Below, piece by piece: positions 49,478 to 59,024 of a stretch of DNA of 64,000 nucleotides (the first letter of the stretch is position 1; each line of letters starts with the position of its first letter). The notes under the pieces are model-generated. The model was not told where the DNA came from, searched no databases, and was given only the letters and a program-made list of their open reading frames with translations. Location of the stretch: the NCBI GenBank assembly GCA_963754925.1, contig CAVWHX010000006.1, positions 96,001 to 160,000 of the forward strand. The letters are read 5' to 3'. Made by a program: the position numbers and the translations under genes. Origin of the DNA: an uncultured delta proteobacterium. Its GTDB lineage: Bacteria > Myxococcota > B64-G9.

Positions 49478-50212
49478 TTAGCACACTGAATCAGCGGCTG
49501 GGTCAAAGCCGTAAAACCGCCGCAGCTCCTCGTAGAGATCAGGGGTCAGGGTCTTCATATCTCGGGGCCGCTCAAAAAACGATTCGGTGGCGACCGCGAA
49601 AAATTCGGCCTCGTTCGTGGCGCCATACTCGCGCAGCACCAAGCGCTGCGGCGTGTCGCCGGCTTGCAGCGCCAGGAAGTTGCGGCTCATCACCTCGGCC
49701 CAGGGACGATAGTGCCCGGTTGCCCGCAACCGGGGAGTGCCGTCAAACGACCCGCCCTCCTTGTCAAGGACATGGGCGAACTCATGTAGCGCCGTGTCGT
49801 GACCGTCGCACTCGTACCGCAGCCCTTCGACGACCGCCGGCCACGAAAGCACCACGGTGCCAAAACGGTGGGCCTCGCCGGTCCGCGGATCTTCGTCCTT
49901 GGGGTTTTTGAAGGTGTAGGGATACACCACGATCTCGGCAAGTTCGTCATAGTAGGTGAGATCCAGAAATAGGATTAATCGGATCGCGGACGCCGAGATA
50001 ACCACCCGATGCTCGTCGGTGATGGTGAGGCCGCCGGCCCCAAAGAACTGCTTCTCCCCTATGAAAATCTTAAGGTAGTCTTTAAAACGCTGTTGTAGGT
50101 CTGATGAAAGTCTTCGATAGAACGGCAGACGCTCCACGATCGGCGCCCAGGCAGGCGGGAACGCAACGCCGAGCATTCGTTTTCGTTTTAGTGTGCGTAG
50201 CCACCCTGCCAT
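49478..50212 (-). CDS. MtfA/M90 zinc peptidase
   Basis: VVLSW, HEFAHVLD, YGATNEAEFFAVATESFFE. Confidence 0.9.
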   Translation of the reverse strand: MAGWLRTLKRKRMLGVAFPPAWAPIVERLPFYRRLSSDLQQRFKDYLKIFIGEKQFFGAGGLTITDEHRVVISASAIRLILFLDLTYYDELAEIVVYPYTFKNPKDEDPRTGEAHRFGTVVLSWPAVVEGLRYECDGHDTALHEFAHVLDKEGGSFDGTPRLRATGHYRPWAEVMSRNFLALQAGDTPQRLVLREYGATNEAEFFAVATESFFERPRDMKTLTPDLYEELRRFYGFDPAADSVC

Positions 50213-50265
50213 GCGACCTCTTGCCAATAACCACGATACCGAGCTTGTATTGAAAAAAAACGACC

Positions 50266-50664
50266 CTAGATCACTGAAATCACGCCTGAATTGCGAATTC
50301 TCGTATCGGCAGTGACGAGGCTCAAGCCGCAAACACGGGCCGTGGCCGCTATGATTTGGTCAGCCGGGTCCTTTGGAAACGAATCACCCAGGCGAGTGCT
50401 TTCCAAGGCGATGCGGGGCGTCAATGGTATGATCTCGATGCTTGAATGGTCTTCAAGGTCTTCGAAAAACCCATCAATCGAACGTTGAAGAAAGATTCGA
50501 CCTCGTTCAACCAGTTTGGCAATTTCCCATAGGCTGATCGCCGAAAGTGCGTACCGCTCCCCTTTGCTATCGATGCGTTCGAGGATCTCCGCTTGTTTCT
50601 TTGAGAGAGCGCCCTCGCCGATGAGCCACCAGATCAGAACGTGGGTATCCAAAAGAACTTTCAC
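50266..50664 (-). CDS. VapC/PIN toxin
   Basis: GTG start overlapping the antitoxin stop; LLDTHVLIW, SLWEI, DPADQII.A, VTAD. Confidence 0.88.
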   Translation of the reverse strand: MKVLLDTHVLIWWLIGEGALSKKQAEILERIDSKGERYALSAISLWEIAKLVERGRIFLQRSIDGFFEDLEDHSSIEIIPLTPRIALESTRLGDSFPKDPADQIIAATARVCGLSLVTADTRIRNSGVISVI

Positions 50665-50898
50665 TGGAGGGCCTCCCACTCCTCGGACCAATCGCATTCC
50701 ACGATGTCGCCCTTGATGACTAACCGATCTTTCATGGAACCACGGAGCGGTTGTACGTCCTTCCTCAGGGGGATGATCTTCGCTATTGGTTCGCCACGTT
50801 TGGTGATGACGATTCTCGTCGCCCCGACGCTGAATCTTCTCGAATAGCCGCAAGCAATGTTTGTTAAACTCGCTCACGCTAATGTTTTGCTCTTTCAT
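50661..50898 (-). pseudogene. Phd/YefM antitoxin with +1 frameshift at ~50813 (or sequencing error)
   Basis: ISVSEFNKHCL...; removing one base restores IVITKRGEPIAKIIP...WEALQ*. Confidence 0.8.
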
Positions 50899-50965
50899 AG
50901 AACCTCCTCAATGAAAGGGTAGTATTAACCTCTTGACTAGTCAAGTGGTTAAGAAAGACAATATG

Positions 50966-52231
50966 GGCAAGCCCAGGTAGATTTGACACCACCTCTTTCT
51001 GCTCTCAGGAGCATGGGGAGCAAGGGATTGGCAATGTTGAAGGGAAAGCTTCCTTGGGGGGCTAGCCCCCCAAGGAAGCCGCGGCAACAAAAAAGGAGAT
51101 GAGGTCAGGACCAAAATCCTCTTGAATGAAGGTTTGCGAAGACTTTCATCACAAGGAGGTACGGCCCTGACCCCATTTAGTTATTACGCCATGACCACCA
51201 CGAAAGACCATAAATATTCGCTTCGCCTTCAGTTGGTGCAGTACGCCACGACCCACGGCATACGCCCCGCTGCGCGTGCCTTTGCTACCACCCCCAACAC
51301 CGTACGGCGATGGCGTGCCCGCTTTGACGCCGGCGGTCGTACCTCACTCCAGGACCGCTCCCGGAGACCCAAGACCTGCCCCCACAAGACTTCCCGGTAC
51401 CAAGAAGCGAAGATCCTCAACGCACGCAAGAAGGTTCCCTGCTTCGGACCGCGCCGCCTGCGCGACCTGTTTGGAATCATGGCTTCCTCTGGCGCCATCG
51501 CTCGCATCCTGCGCCAGCAAGGCTTATCGGGCCGCCGTCGCAAAAAGCGTCAGCGCAAAAACGACCTGCGGGCTATCAAAGCTAAATACAGATGCTTCCA
51601 ACGCCTCCAGGCCGATATGAAACCCCTCTTCGATATCCCCGCCTACTGGCCGCAGATGAAGAAACTCGGCCTCCCCAAACACCAGTACACCCACCGTGAT
51701 GTCAAAAGCGGTGCTCTCTTTATCTCTTACGCCGACGAGCTCTCCACCACCTACGCCACCATGACCTCCCGGCGCTTGCTGACCCACCTGAAAAAGCATC
51801 TCGTCAACCTCCGCCGTGCTATCTTGTCCACCGACAACGGCGTCGAATATGGTGGCCATGACAAGAACGAGCGGGAACGAGGCTTCCATGCCAAAATCCA
51901 GCAGGCCGGGATCATCCACCGCTTCCTGCCCCCTGCCACCCCAAACGCCCACGCCGATGTTGAGAGTTCCCATGCATCCATTGAACAGGAGTTCTTTGAT
52001 CTCGAACCATTTACATCCAGACAGGACTTCTTCCAGAAGGTCTCTATCTACCAACACTGGTGGAACTTCGCCAGACCCAACTACTCCAAGAGCGCTAAAA
52101 CACCCGCACAACTCTTGGAGGATGAAGGCCTTGACCCAAGCATCCTCTTGCTCCTACCCGTTGACCTTGAGGCCTGGTTCAGGACGACGACTTACTTTCC
52201 TCAGGTGGTGTCACATCTACCTGTTGACGCC
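50966..52231 (+). mobile_element. IS481-like insertion sequence with long target duplication
   Basis: IR core CAGGTAGATTTGACACCACCT / AGGTGGTGTCACATCTACCTG; flanking repeats GTTAAGAAAGACAATAT (50948-50964) and GTTAATAAAGACAATAT (52232-52248). Confidence 0.8.
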
Positions 52232-52273
52232 GTTAATAAAGACAATATTGAATTTACTTCATCGGTACGATAA
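51191..52273 (+). CDS. HTH + integrase-core (rve) DDE transposase (start uncertain)
   Basis: TVRRW...DRSRRP, QAD, TDNG.E, N..VE.SH. Confidence 0.85.
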   Translation: MTTTKDHKYSLRLQLVQYATTHGIRPAARAFATTPNTVRRWRARFDAGGRTSLQDRSRRPKTCPHKTSRYQEAKILNARKKVPCFGPRRLRDLFGIMASSGAIARILRQQGLSGRRRKKRQRKNDLRAIKAKYRCFQRLQADMKPLFDIPAYWPQMKKLGLPKHQYTHRDVKSGALFISYADELSTTYATMTSRRLLTHLKKHLVNLRRAILSTDNGVEYGGHDKNERERGFHAKIQQAGIIHRFLPPATPNAHADVESSHASIEQEFFDLEPFTSRQDFFQKVSIYQHWWNFARPNYSKSAKTPAQLLEDEGLDPSILLLLPVDLEAWFRTTTYFPQVVSHLPVDAVNKDNIEFTSSVR

Positions 52274-52316
52274 ACAGGAATTGAAGATTGTTTGTTCCCA
52301 AGTAGGGAGGGATAGT

Positions 52317-52673
52317 ATGAAGGATAAACACCAGCACGAAGAAAAATCAGGCCAGATGACGCCTGCCAAAGCAGTAGCATTAAAGGATCTGGTGGCCTAC
52401 CAGCCGGGGGCGATCGTGAGTCGAACGCTGGTCGATAAGGAAAGCGGTACGGTTACCCTGTTTGCGTTCGATGCGGGGCAACGGCTTTCAGAGCACACCG
52501 CGCCGTTTGATGCACTGGTTACCATTCTTGACGGAGAGGCTGGGCTGACCATCGGTAAAAAGAACATTCCTGCTCAAGCCGGCCAATCGGTGCTCATGCC
52601 GGCAAAAATCCCCCACGCGGTCAATGCCACTACTAGATTCAAAATGTTGCTCATCATGGTTCGTGAAGAGTGA
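52317..52673 (+). CDS. Cupin domain protein
   Basis: IVSRTL, TLFAFDAGQ.LSEHTAPFDA, MPA.IPHA; GGAGG RBS. Confidence 0.88.
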   Translation: MKDKHQHEEKSGQMTPAKAVALKDLVAYQPGAIVSRTLVDKESGTVTLFAFDAGQRLSEHTAPFDALVTILDGEAGLTIGKKNIPAQAGQSVLMPAKIPHAVNATTRFKMLLIMVREE

Positions 52674-52681
52674 TGTTTGTG

Positions 52682-53926
52682 TTATAAGCGCTGTTGGTTC
52701 TTCGGTGAAGTCGCCCGCTGCCACCCGAGGTAATTCGGTATATCCTGATGGTGCAGATAGCAGGTTGGATCCTCGGCCAGGGCATCCCCGGTTGCGGCAA
52801 AAGCCTTACCGCGGCAACCGCCGCATATGTTCCTGTTGTCGCATTGGCCGCAGGCGCCCTTGAGCAGATCTCGGTCGGAGAGATCCTTAAAGATCCGGCT
52901 TTGAGTCCAGATATCAAACAGCGGGCGGCTGCGGACGTTGCCGCCGCTTATGGGAATAAAGGGACACGACCAAACTTCTCCATCGGGCTTGAGATAGATG
53001 AGACCCCAACCGGCGGCGCACCCATGAAAATGGTTTGCCTTGGCCAACGGCTTTGGTTCGAGGTTATCGCGGTTGAGCAGATGCGCCCAGTACTGGGGGG
53101 CCGCGACCGGCTCCACGATAGTGACGGCGTGTTGCTGCAGCGCTCTCAACTTTTGGACCAGCCGCTGATTGTCGGCAGGGGAGAGCGCCGATGGGGAGAT
53201 CGACATGCCCCGGCCCATCGGGACCAGCTGGTAACACAGCATGATGTCGGCGCGGATCTCGTGGCAGAAACGAACCACCTCGTCGAGGGTGGCTATGTTT
53301 TCTTGCATCGCGGTGTAGTTGATCTGCAGGATCATACCGGCCCGCTTGCAGGCCTCGATTCCCCGTAACGCCCGCTCGAAGGCCGTGGGACTCTGACGAA
53401 TGTGGTTGTGGATGGCCGGGTCGGTTGAATCAAAGCTTACGGCGATGCCCTTGACGCCGAGGCGTTTAAGCTCTCTCGCGCGGTTGAGATCGATCAGTGT
53501 GCCGTTCGTGGCGATGACATTGACGAGGCCGCGCTTTTTGCTGTGTGCCAGCAGATCCTCTATATCGGGCCGCACCATAGGCTCCCCGCCCGAATACGCC
53601 AGCATTTGAAAGCGTGGTAGCCGTGCGAGCTGATCGATGAAGGCAAAGCCTTCACGGGTGGTCAGCTCGTTGGGTCCGCCTTCGTCCGAGGTGGCGTGGC
53701 AATGCCGACAGCGCAGATTGCAGGCTTCGGTGACTTCCCACACTCCGTGGTAGCCGTAGCCGATGCAGCCCATGCCGACGGCGCCGGCCGCGACCGGAAT
53801 CGATCTAAAAGCGCTGGTCGCCACCCAATTATAGAAGAGTTTCCAATCGGTGGTTCGTTTGAATAAAAGCGCCGCCCGAAATTGGCGAACGAGGTTATTA
53901 ACCGAAAGATACGGAGCTACCGCCAT
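52682..53926 (-). CDS. Radical SAM/SPASM protein (NirJ/Ahb-like clade)
   Basis: CNLRCRHC, SGGEP, SPASM CAAG...C..CGQC....CGGCR...C. Confidence 0.88.
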   Translation of the reverse strand: MAVAPYLSVNNLVRQFRAALLFKRTTDWKLFYNWVATSAFRSIPVAAGAVGMGCIGYGYHGVWEVTEACNLRCRHCHATSDEGGPNELTTREGFAFIDQLARLPRFQMLAYSGGEPMVRPDIEDLLAHSKKRGLVNVIATNGTLIDLNRARELKRLGVKGIAVSFDSTDPAIHNHIRQSPTAFERALRGIEACKRAGMILQINYTAMQENIATLDEVVRFCHEIRADIMLCYQLVPMGRGMSISPSALSPADNQRLVQKLRALQQHAVTIVEPVAAPQYWAHLLNRDNLEPKPLAKANHFHGCAAGWGLIYLKPDGEVWSCPFIPISGGNVRSRPLFDIWTQSRIFKDLSDRDLLKGACGQCDNRNICGGCRGKAFAATGDALAEDPTCYLHHQDIPNYLGWQRATSPKNQQRL

Positions 53927-54855
53927 ACGACTAAAATCCCGATGGTAAGTGAACAGAGATGATTTAAAATAATAGTTTGTCCGCAAATCGGTTCTAATGT
54001 TTTACGATCGCGCCAATTCTTGAGAAACAACACCTGCGCGACCAAGGCTAGCGCCAATACCAAAGCCGGCGCCGAAATCGCCAAGTACGGCAAAGATCCC
54101 TGGCGGAAAAAGTTCCAAATTCCCACAACCGATACGGCGGTAAGAAAAGACACAATCGAGTATATAACTGCGCCGACAGGTTTTCCGACCCGGTAAAGCA
54201 AGTTGCGCTTGCCGGTATCGCGATCGGCTTCGTAATCTTGAAATTCGTTTATCAAAATAATATTGAAGACGGTAAATGCTACCGGAAGACAAAAAAGATA
54301 CGAGTACTCCGGCAGTGTACCGGATGCGCAAGCATAGCCGGTCACCACGGTAAGCCACCCGTAGCAAAAGCCAATTAACAGCTCGCCGACCCCGCGTTTT
54401 ACGAGTCTCACCGGCGGCAATGAATAAAACGCCGCTGCCAAGGCGCCCAACACCCCCAATCCAAACAAAAGCAGGCTTTGATGAATAAACGAGATCGCGA
54501 CTCCCAACAACGCCGCGATAGCAAAGCTAACACCCGCGGCCCACTCAACCGCTTTAACGGATAAAGCGCCTTGAGCCACCATCAGAGTGCCGCCGGCAAA
54601 CTTCGAGCGACCGTACTTGAGCGTTAAGACATCTTCTTTTTGGTCGAATACCTCACCCAGCAAATAGCATCCAACGACGATCAAAAAGACAGCCACCAGG
54701 CCAAGGATTGCGGCGTTGATTGAAACCAGGTGTCCCTGTTTATACGCTACGTATATGCCGACCCCAAACGGAACCACCGCCACGGTGGTAAAGGGCAGCC
54801 GCATGGCCGCCATCCAGCTTTTCAGGTTGCTTTGACGCGCTACTAATTCAGTCAT
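53917..54855 (-). CDS. UbiA-superfamily prenyltransferase (MenA-like)
   Basis: WMAAMR..F, YSLPP.RL..RG.GE, NEFQD.EAD...GK; multi-TM; overlaps the radical SAM gene. Confidence 0.85.
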   Translation of the reverse strand: MTELVARQSNLKSWMAAMRLPFTTVAVVPFGVGIYVAYKQGHLVSINAAILGLVAVFLIVVGCYLLGEVFDQKEDVLTLKYGRSKFAGGTLMVAQGALSVKAVEWAAGVSFAIAALLGVAISFIHQSLLLFGLGVLGALAAAFYSLPPVRLVKRGVGELLIGFCYGWLTVVTGYACASGTLPEYSYLFCLPVAFTVFNIILINEFQDYEADRDTGKRNLLYRVGKPVGAVIYSIVSFLTAVSVVGIWNFFRQGSLPYLAISAPALVLALALVAQVLFLKNWRDRKTLEPICGQTIILNHLCSLTIGILVVWR

Positions 54856-55155
54856 GCCAGCGATGCTCCTAATTATTTGTAACGCTCACTGCTTTTTTGC
54901 AGAAAACGCCTGAATCCAATAGCCTAGGCTGAGCGCAAAGTCAAAACAAACCATTTCATTGAGCGTGACATCATCTGTGGAACTATTAAAGGTTGAGGAA
55001 TAACTGTCCGTGTTGTATCGCCGATAAAAGTACAAAGGAGAATCGGCGAGGGGAACGCCTTGCAATGGGGGATGTCCTTTAAAATGATTTTTAATATTGA
55101 CAAAAAATTAAGTATGCGCATACAATAAGCGCATAACTTTTAAAGGAGTTACAAA

Positions 55156-55395
55156 ATGAGCAGAGTAACCGTCAATATGAACGAAGAAGTCGAAAGAAAC
55201 TTAAAATCAATGGCGAAAAACAGGGGTGTATCGGTATCACGTTTTGTTGCAGAAGCAGTAGATTTCTATGTTAACGAGATTAAACGTCACAAACTCGGAC
55301 AACAGGTTTTGGACATGATCGGGAAAGCCGGTGTTAGAAAAGAAACGTACGAACATTTAGATTCCGAAAGGGAAGACGATGATCACAGGGCTTGA
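55156..55395 (+). CDS. CopG/RHH antitoxin
   Basis: RVTVNM...LK.MA..RGVSVSRFVAEAV; TTGACA/TACAAT promoter, AAGGAG RBS. Confidence 0.8.
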   Translation: MSRVTVNMNEEVERNLKSMAKNRGVSVSRFVAEAVDFYVNEIKRHKLGQQVLDMIGKAGVRKETYEHLDSEREDDDHRA

Positions 55396-55774
55396 TACGG
55401 GATATTTTCTCCGTCTCCTTGAGGGCCATGGTGAGTCTGTATCGGTGTGGAAAGGCATAATGGATGGTGATCGCCAAGCGGTTGTGTCTGCCTTAACCTT
55501 CTTCGAATTAAAACGTCTTTCATTGCAGGGTCGGATAAAAAAAGAAGCGGCACAAAAATTAATCGAAGCGATCGAAGCATTATGCCGTATCGTTTGGCTG
55601 GATACTATGGACCTTATGATTCAAGCAGCTTCACTTTCTCACGGAACAGGAATACCCACCGTAAATTCGATTATCGTTGCTTCTCTGGTTTCCTTGGGAG
55701 CAGTCGATATCTATACGACCGATTCTCACCTTCAAGCATACAAAAATAAATCCGTCAGTATAATTATGATTTAG
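55379..55774 (+). CDS. PIN/VapC toxin
   Basis: GLDTG, E, T.D acidic residues; one usual Asp appears as Asn (TVNS). Confidence 0.8.
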   Translation: MITGLDTGYFLRLLEGHGESVSVWKGIMDGDRQAVVSALTFFELKRLSLQGRIKKEAAQKLIEAIEALCRIVWLDTMDLMIQAASLSHGTGIPTVNSIIVASLVSLGAVDIYTTDSHLQAYKNKSVSIIMI

Positions 55775-55788
55775 AAAGAAACATATTG

Positions 55789-55825
55789 AGCATAGTATGT
55801 CGACATTTTTTCGACATACTATGCT
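55789..55825. repeat. Perfect 15-bp inverted repeat
   Basis: AGCATAGTATGTCGA-CATTTTT-TCGACATACTATGCT between convergent TA operons. Confidence 0.8.
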
Positions 55826-55931
55826 GAAAAAGCGAGTATGTACTTCATACGCGCCACCAAAGATTGGTCATCGAGAACTGAGAGGGCACCTCGATTGGGA
55901 ATTGAGTCGCCCCGTTTCCCGCCCTCCGTAA

Positions 55932-56234
55932 TCAAGAGACTTCAATTTCGCGTGGTTTTTCCGGAAGCCGGGCGCCATGCCAGACCGCTACTATCCAGAT
56001 TGTTTCCCTTTTGATTCGATAAAAAAAGCGATAGGGAGCTACGATTACCTCGCGAAAAGGAAGCTCGGGAAATTCCGGCAGTGTTCTGCCGGACGTAGGA
56101 AACTTTCTGAGCCTTGATAGTGTCTTTTCAGCCTTGTTACGAAAAGCAACCGCCGCAAGGGCATTATCTCGAGAGATATAAGCGACGGCGGCGAGGAACT
56201 GGGTGCGGCCCGCAGGGGTAAAGAGTATTTTCAC
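55932..56234 (-). CDS. RelE/ParE family toxin
   Basis: YISRDN..AA, FPTSGR..PE, PYRFFYR, VWHGAR. Confidence 0.88.
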   Translation of the reverse strand: MKILFTPAGRTQFLAAVAYISRDNALAAVAFRNKAEKTLSRLRKFPTSGRTLPEFPELPFREVIVAPYRFFYRIKRETIWIVAVWHGARLPEKPREIEVS

Positions 56235-56512
56235 CGCTGCATCTCTTCAAGAATGGAATCGGCTTCAGCCAGCACCACATCGAGGTCATAGCCCTTGCCG
56301 GCTTCAATTTCCTGTTCTCCGCGTGCGAGCAATCTCAGCAGTTCCAACTCATGCTGCGTGTGCTCGTAGGCTTCCACGCTTACCATAACAGCCGCCGCCC
56401 GACCCCGTTGCGTGATGAAAACGGGTTGTCGAGAACTGGTGACACGCCTCACCAGAGCGGTCGCCTCCTGGCGAAGATCGGTAATCGGAACAATACTCGG
56501 TATTTTAGTCAT
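56231..56512 (-). CDS. Phd/YefM antitoxin
   Basis: PITDLRQ, PVFITQRGRAAAVMVS; GGAGG RBS before ATG 56512. Confidence 0.88.
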   Translation of the reverse strand: MTKIPSIVPITDLRQEATALVRRVTSSRQPVFITQRGRAAAVMVSVEAYEHTQHELELLRLLARGEQEIEAGKGYDLDVVLAEADSILEEMQR

Positions 56513-56619
56513 TGGTACTACCTCCAATAATAGTATTAAAGATACTACCAACCACAGTAAAAAGGCAAACAGTTTTTATGCATTCAGTTCTTTTTGCATT
56601 ACTCGCCCTCAACCAGCCC

Positions 56620-56880
56620 CTATTTTTTGGAATTTACGTAGTTCATATAGCGGGACATGGTCTTGATGTCAGGTGTCGTGAGGATGAGATGCATGTGGTT
56701 GGAAGGCACCGTAACTATATGAAGCTGTAGATGGTATAGCGTCAGCGCTTTGCCGATAACGCCGAGAATGATTTCGTTAAGTTCCTCTGAAGGCCGCAGA
56801 AGCATTCTTCCCTGGATGCAGCGACAAGTGATCTCGAACGTAGTGCTCGCATGGGGCATGTGACGAAGCGGCCAACCCAT
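56620..56880 (-). pseudogene. Truncated REP-associated tyrosine (Y1/HUH) transposase
   Basis: FEITCRC.QGR.LLRP and PSNHMHL (HUH); ends before the catalytic Tyr region. Confidence 0.75.
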
Positions 56881-56899
56881 GCGTGCGTAATGAAGCAAA

Positions 56900-56948
56900 C
56901 CCACAGGATAAGAGACTGTAAGCTCACATCATTCGCTAACAGTCTCTA
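56900..56948. repeat. REP hairpin copy just upstream of the RAYT remnant
   Basis: GGATAAGAGACTGTAAGCTCACATCATTCGCTAACAGTCTCTA. Confidence 0.75.
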
Positions 56949-57155
56949 AATACCTGCCAGATTGGATTATGCGACAGACATCTTTATCCAACTACTTATA
57001 TGAAAAAGCAAATTATGTTAGAAACAAACGAATATGAATGTGCTGGAAATTTGCCCTGCCAATGATTCAGGTGTCTGAAAATCGGACAGTTAGAAAAAAT
57101 TTGGGTGAGGTCTTGTCTTTCTGTGACTGGTCTTTTCCCCGAAAAGGCTGGCACC

Positions 57156-58279
57156 CTGAGTGATCCCCTCGTTTTTATTATATATTTAGGCATGTTGATA
57201 ACTTATTGCAATATGGATTTGTTCGAGAGCTTGTCGAAGTTGTTTTAGCTTTACATCCTTCCAATCAGGGCGATGAATCATCTGCTTTCCTAGAAAAAAC
57301 AGTGAGAGGACCCGTTGATTGCGCACCGTGTTGGCCTGGAACATAAACTGCTTTTGATGCTTCTCCATGACGAGACCAATCAGAAATAATATCAGCATAG
57401 CCAGTGTAGCCACCAATAACAGTACCTCATATCTCTTTGCAAAACTCGATTTGGCATCCTCGAATGACCACCCAAAACGATGATTCTTGGTATCGCGATA
57501 ACATTCTTCGATGCTCATCCGGCGCGCATACATTCCATGGATCGCTAATGCTGGTTTGTCTGACAACGAAGTGACCAAAATCCACGGTTCCATCGAACGC
57601 CGTTTTGCTCTCTGTGCTCCACGCCCTCGATCACTGCGATGTCGGGGTGCCTTGGAACGGTTAGGATTACGACGAAACTTCTTACCTAAAATAACCCGGT
57701 GTTGCATCTGATTCTTCTTGGCCACTTCACAAACACCAAGGTCTTGCACATAATTTGAAGCCATCCGGAAACAATCCGAAAGTTTCATCCAGCTTGATTG
57801 TGTTGCTGTAAGAATTCTTGCATGGCCCACTCTGCCCACCCAGTCCCATCCCCTGTGAGCCACCATCTCAAACCAGGGATTCTGAAAACCTGCATCGGTC
57901 ACCAGGATCGGCTTACAACCTTGTGGCAACAGCTCCGACAATTGAAGCAAAAAATGTTGATGCACTTCTCGGCTGCCCCACTTCGAATCCTCGTGAACCT
58001 CCCAATAGATAGGCAACGCCCGTCCTTCCAAGGGAACCGCAGCAGTAATCGCGCTAAATTTACCGCACTCGATCTTGGTCCAGTCAATAAGAATCAGGGG
58101 ACGACTCTCTCTACCCAATAGCTCTCGTGTGATGGCCCTGAAAAAATGATGCTGTTCTCGATACAGTTTGGTGTTGCCCAACAAACGATCGATCCGTTTG
58201 ATGTTGTGCTTCGGCGCTACCCAACTTCGCGCCCCTCGACCCAAACTGGATAGGTTCAGCTTTTGTGGGGATTCATGAG
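57156..58279 (-). mobile_element. IS4-family (IS10 group) element with internal 5' deletion
   Basis: IS10-like ends CTGAGTGATCCCCTC and CTCATGAATCCCCAC; 9-bp TSD GCTGGCACC/GATGGCACC. Confidence 0.82.
57186..58262 (-). pseudogene. IS4-family transposase lacking its N-terminus
   Basis: KHNIKRIDRLLGN, IDW, TDAGF, EPWILVT, Y..R..IEE.YRD.K; no start codon region between the IR and the coding sequence. Confidence 0.82.
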
Positions 58280-58347
58280 GATGGCACCTCGATTGGACAC
58301 CTCGATTGGGGCCCGATCGATTCCTATCACACGCCCTGCATCTACAA

Positions 58348-58695
58348 TCATTTAGGGGCGCTCAGTAGTTGGACTAGCGCGATGGCAGCAGCTCGAAACT
58401 GCCGTTGACTGTTATCATCAAGCAACCGACCCTCGACTTCGACAGGCGGCAACTCACCTAAGGCAGCGCGCGAAGCGACTCTAAGCAAGATTTGTCGCGC
58501 AGTTTGCGCGTCGTCCGGTGCCTCCAGATGAAGATGTAACCCGTCAAGAGCAATCGCCCTTTCGAACAGCAGCCGTGCACTTGGGTTATCGCCGCACTCC
58601 TCTATCGCTTGGCGGAGGAGCCACACAAACGCCCAGCGCGCCACCTTCCAAACATCATCCGTCGTCCGTGGTGCCCGATTAACTATGACCGCCAT
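58348..58695 (-). CDS. Orphan immunity-like protein
   Basis: Small ORF in the RHS tail; ALDGLHL motif; call is positional. Confidence 0.55.
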   Translation of the reverse strand: MAVIVNRAPRTTDDVWKVARWAFVWLLRQAIEECGDNPSARLLFERAIALDGLHLHLEAPDDAQTARQILLRVASRAALGELPPVEVEGRLLDDNSQRQFRAAAIALVQLLSAPK

Positions 58696-58722
58696 TAATA
58701 AACAACGTCCCCAATTACTCAG

Positions 58723-58989
58723 TTACTCAGTTAAACTAACCAACTTTAGAAGAGAATGCACTGTTCGGAGGCGCTGCTCTTCAGGCAGAGTCACGCCAAG
58801 CTCGCCCTCGGCGTTCTCCAAGGCGGCGGTCACAGAAGCCTCGGACGGGGACGCCAGGAGTACATCCGCTATGTCGAGAGCGTAGTGGTCATACTCATCC
58901 GCCAGCTTCGGGTTGTCACCGACCCCACATGGATCCCAATCCGCGAGTAGCACCCTTCGCACGCCGGCAAGTATTTCGTCCCTGTCCAT
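58723..58989 (-). CDS. DUF1871-like orphan immunity protein
   Basis: WDP.GV....ADEYD.Y motif; GGAGG RBS. Confidence 0.7.
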   Translation of the reverse strand: MDRDEILAGVRRVLLADWDPCGVGDNPKLADEYDHYALDIADVLLASPSEASVTAALENAEGELGVTLPEEQRLRTVHSLLKLVSLTE

Positions 58990-59024
58990 GCCCCCTCCCT
59001 AGGAGGCTGGCACCTCGATTGGGG

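Noticed and set aside
50266..50898. Apparent 210-aa antitoxin-toxin fusion ORF
   Set aside because: Explained by one extra base at ~50813; the normal Phd and VapC frames with a GTGA overlap are recoverable
51816..52673. 285-aa ORF spanning the IS and the cupin gene
   Set aside because: The N-terminal part is an alternate frame of the transposase; the cupin has its own RBS and ATG at 52317
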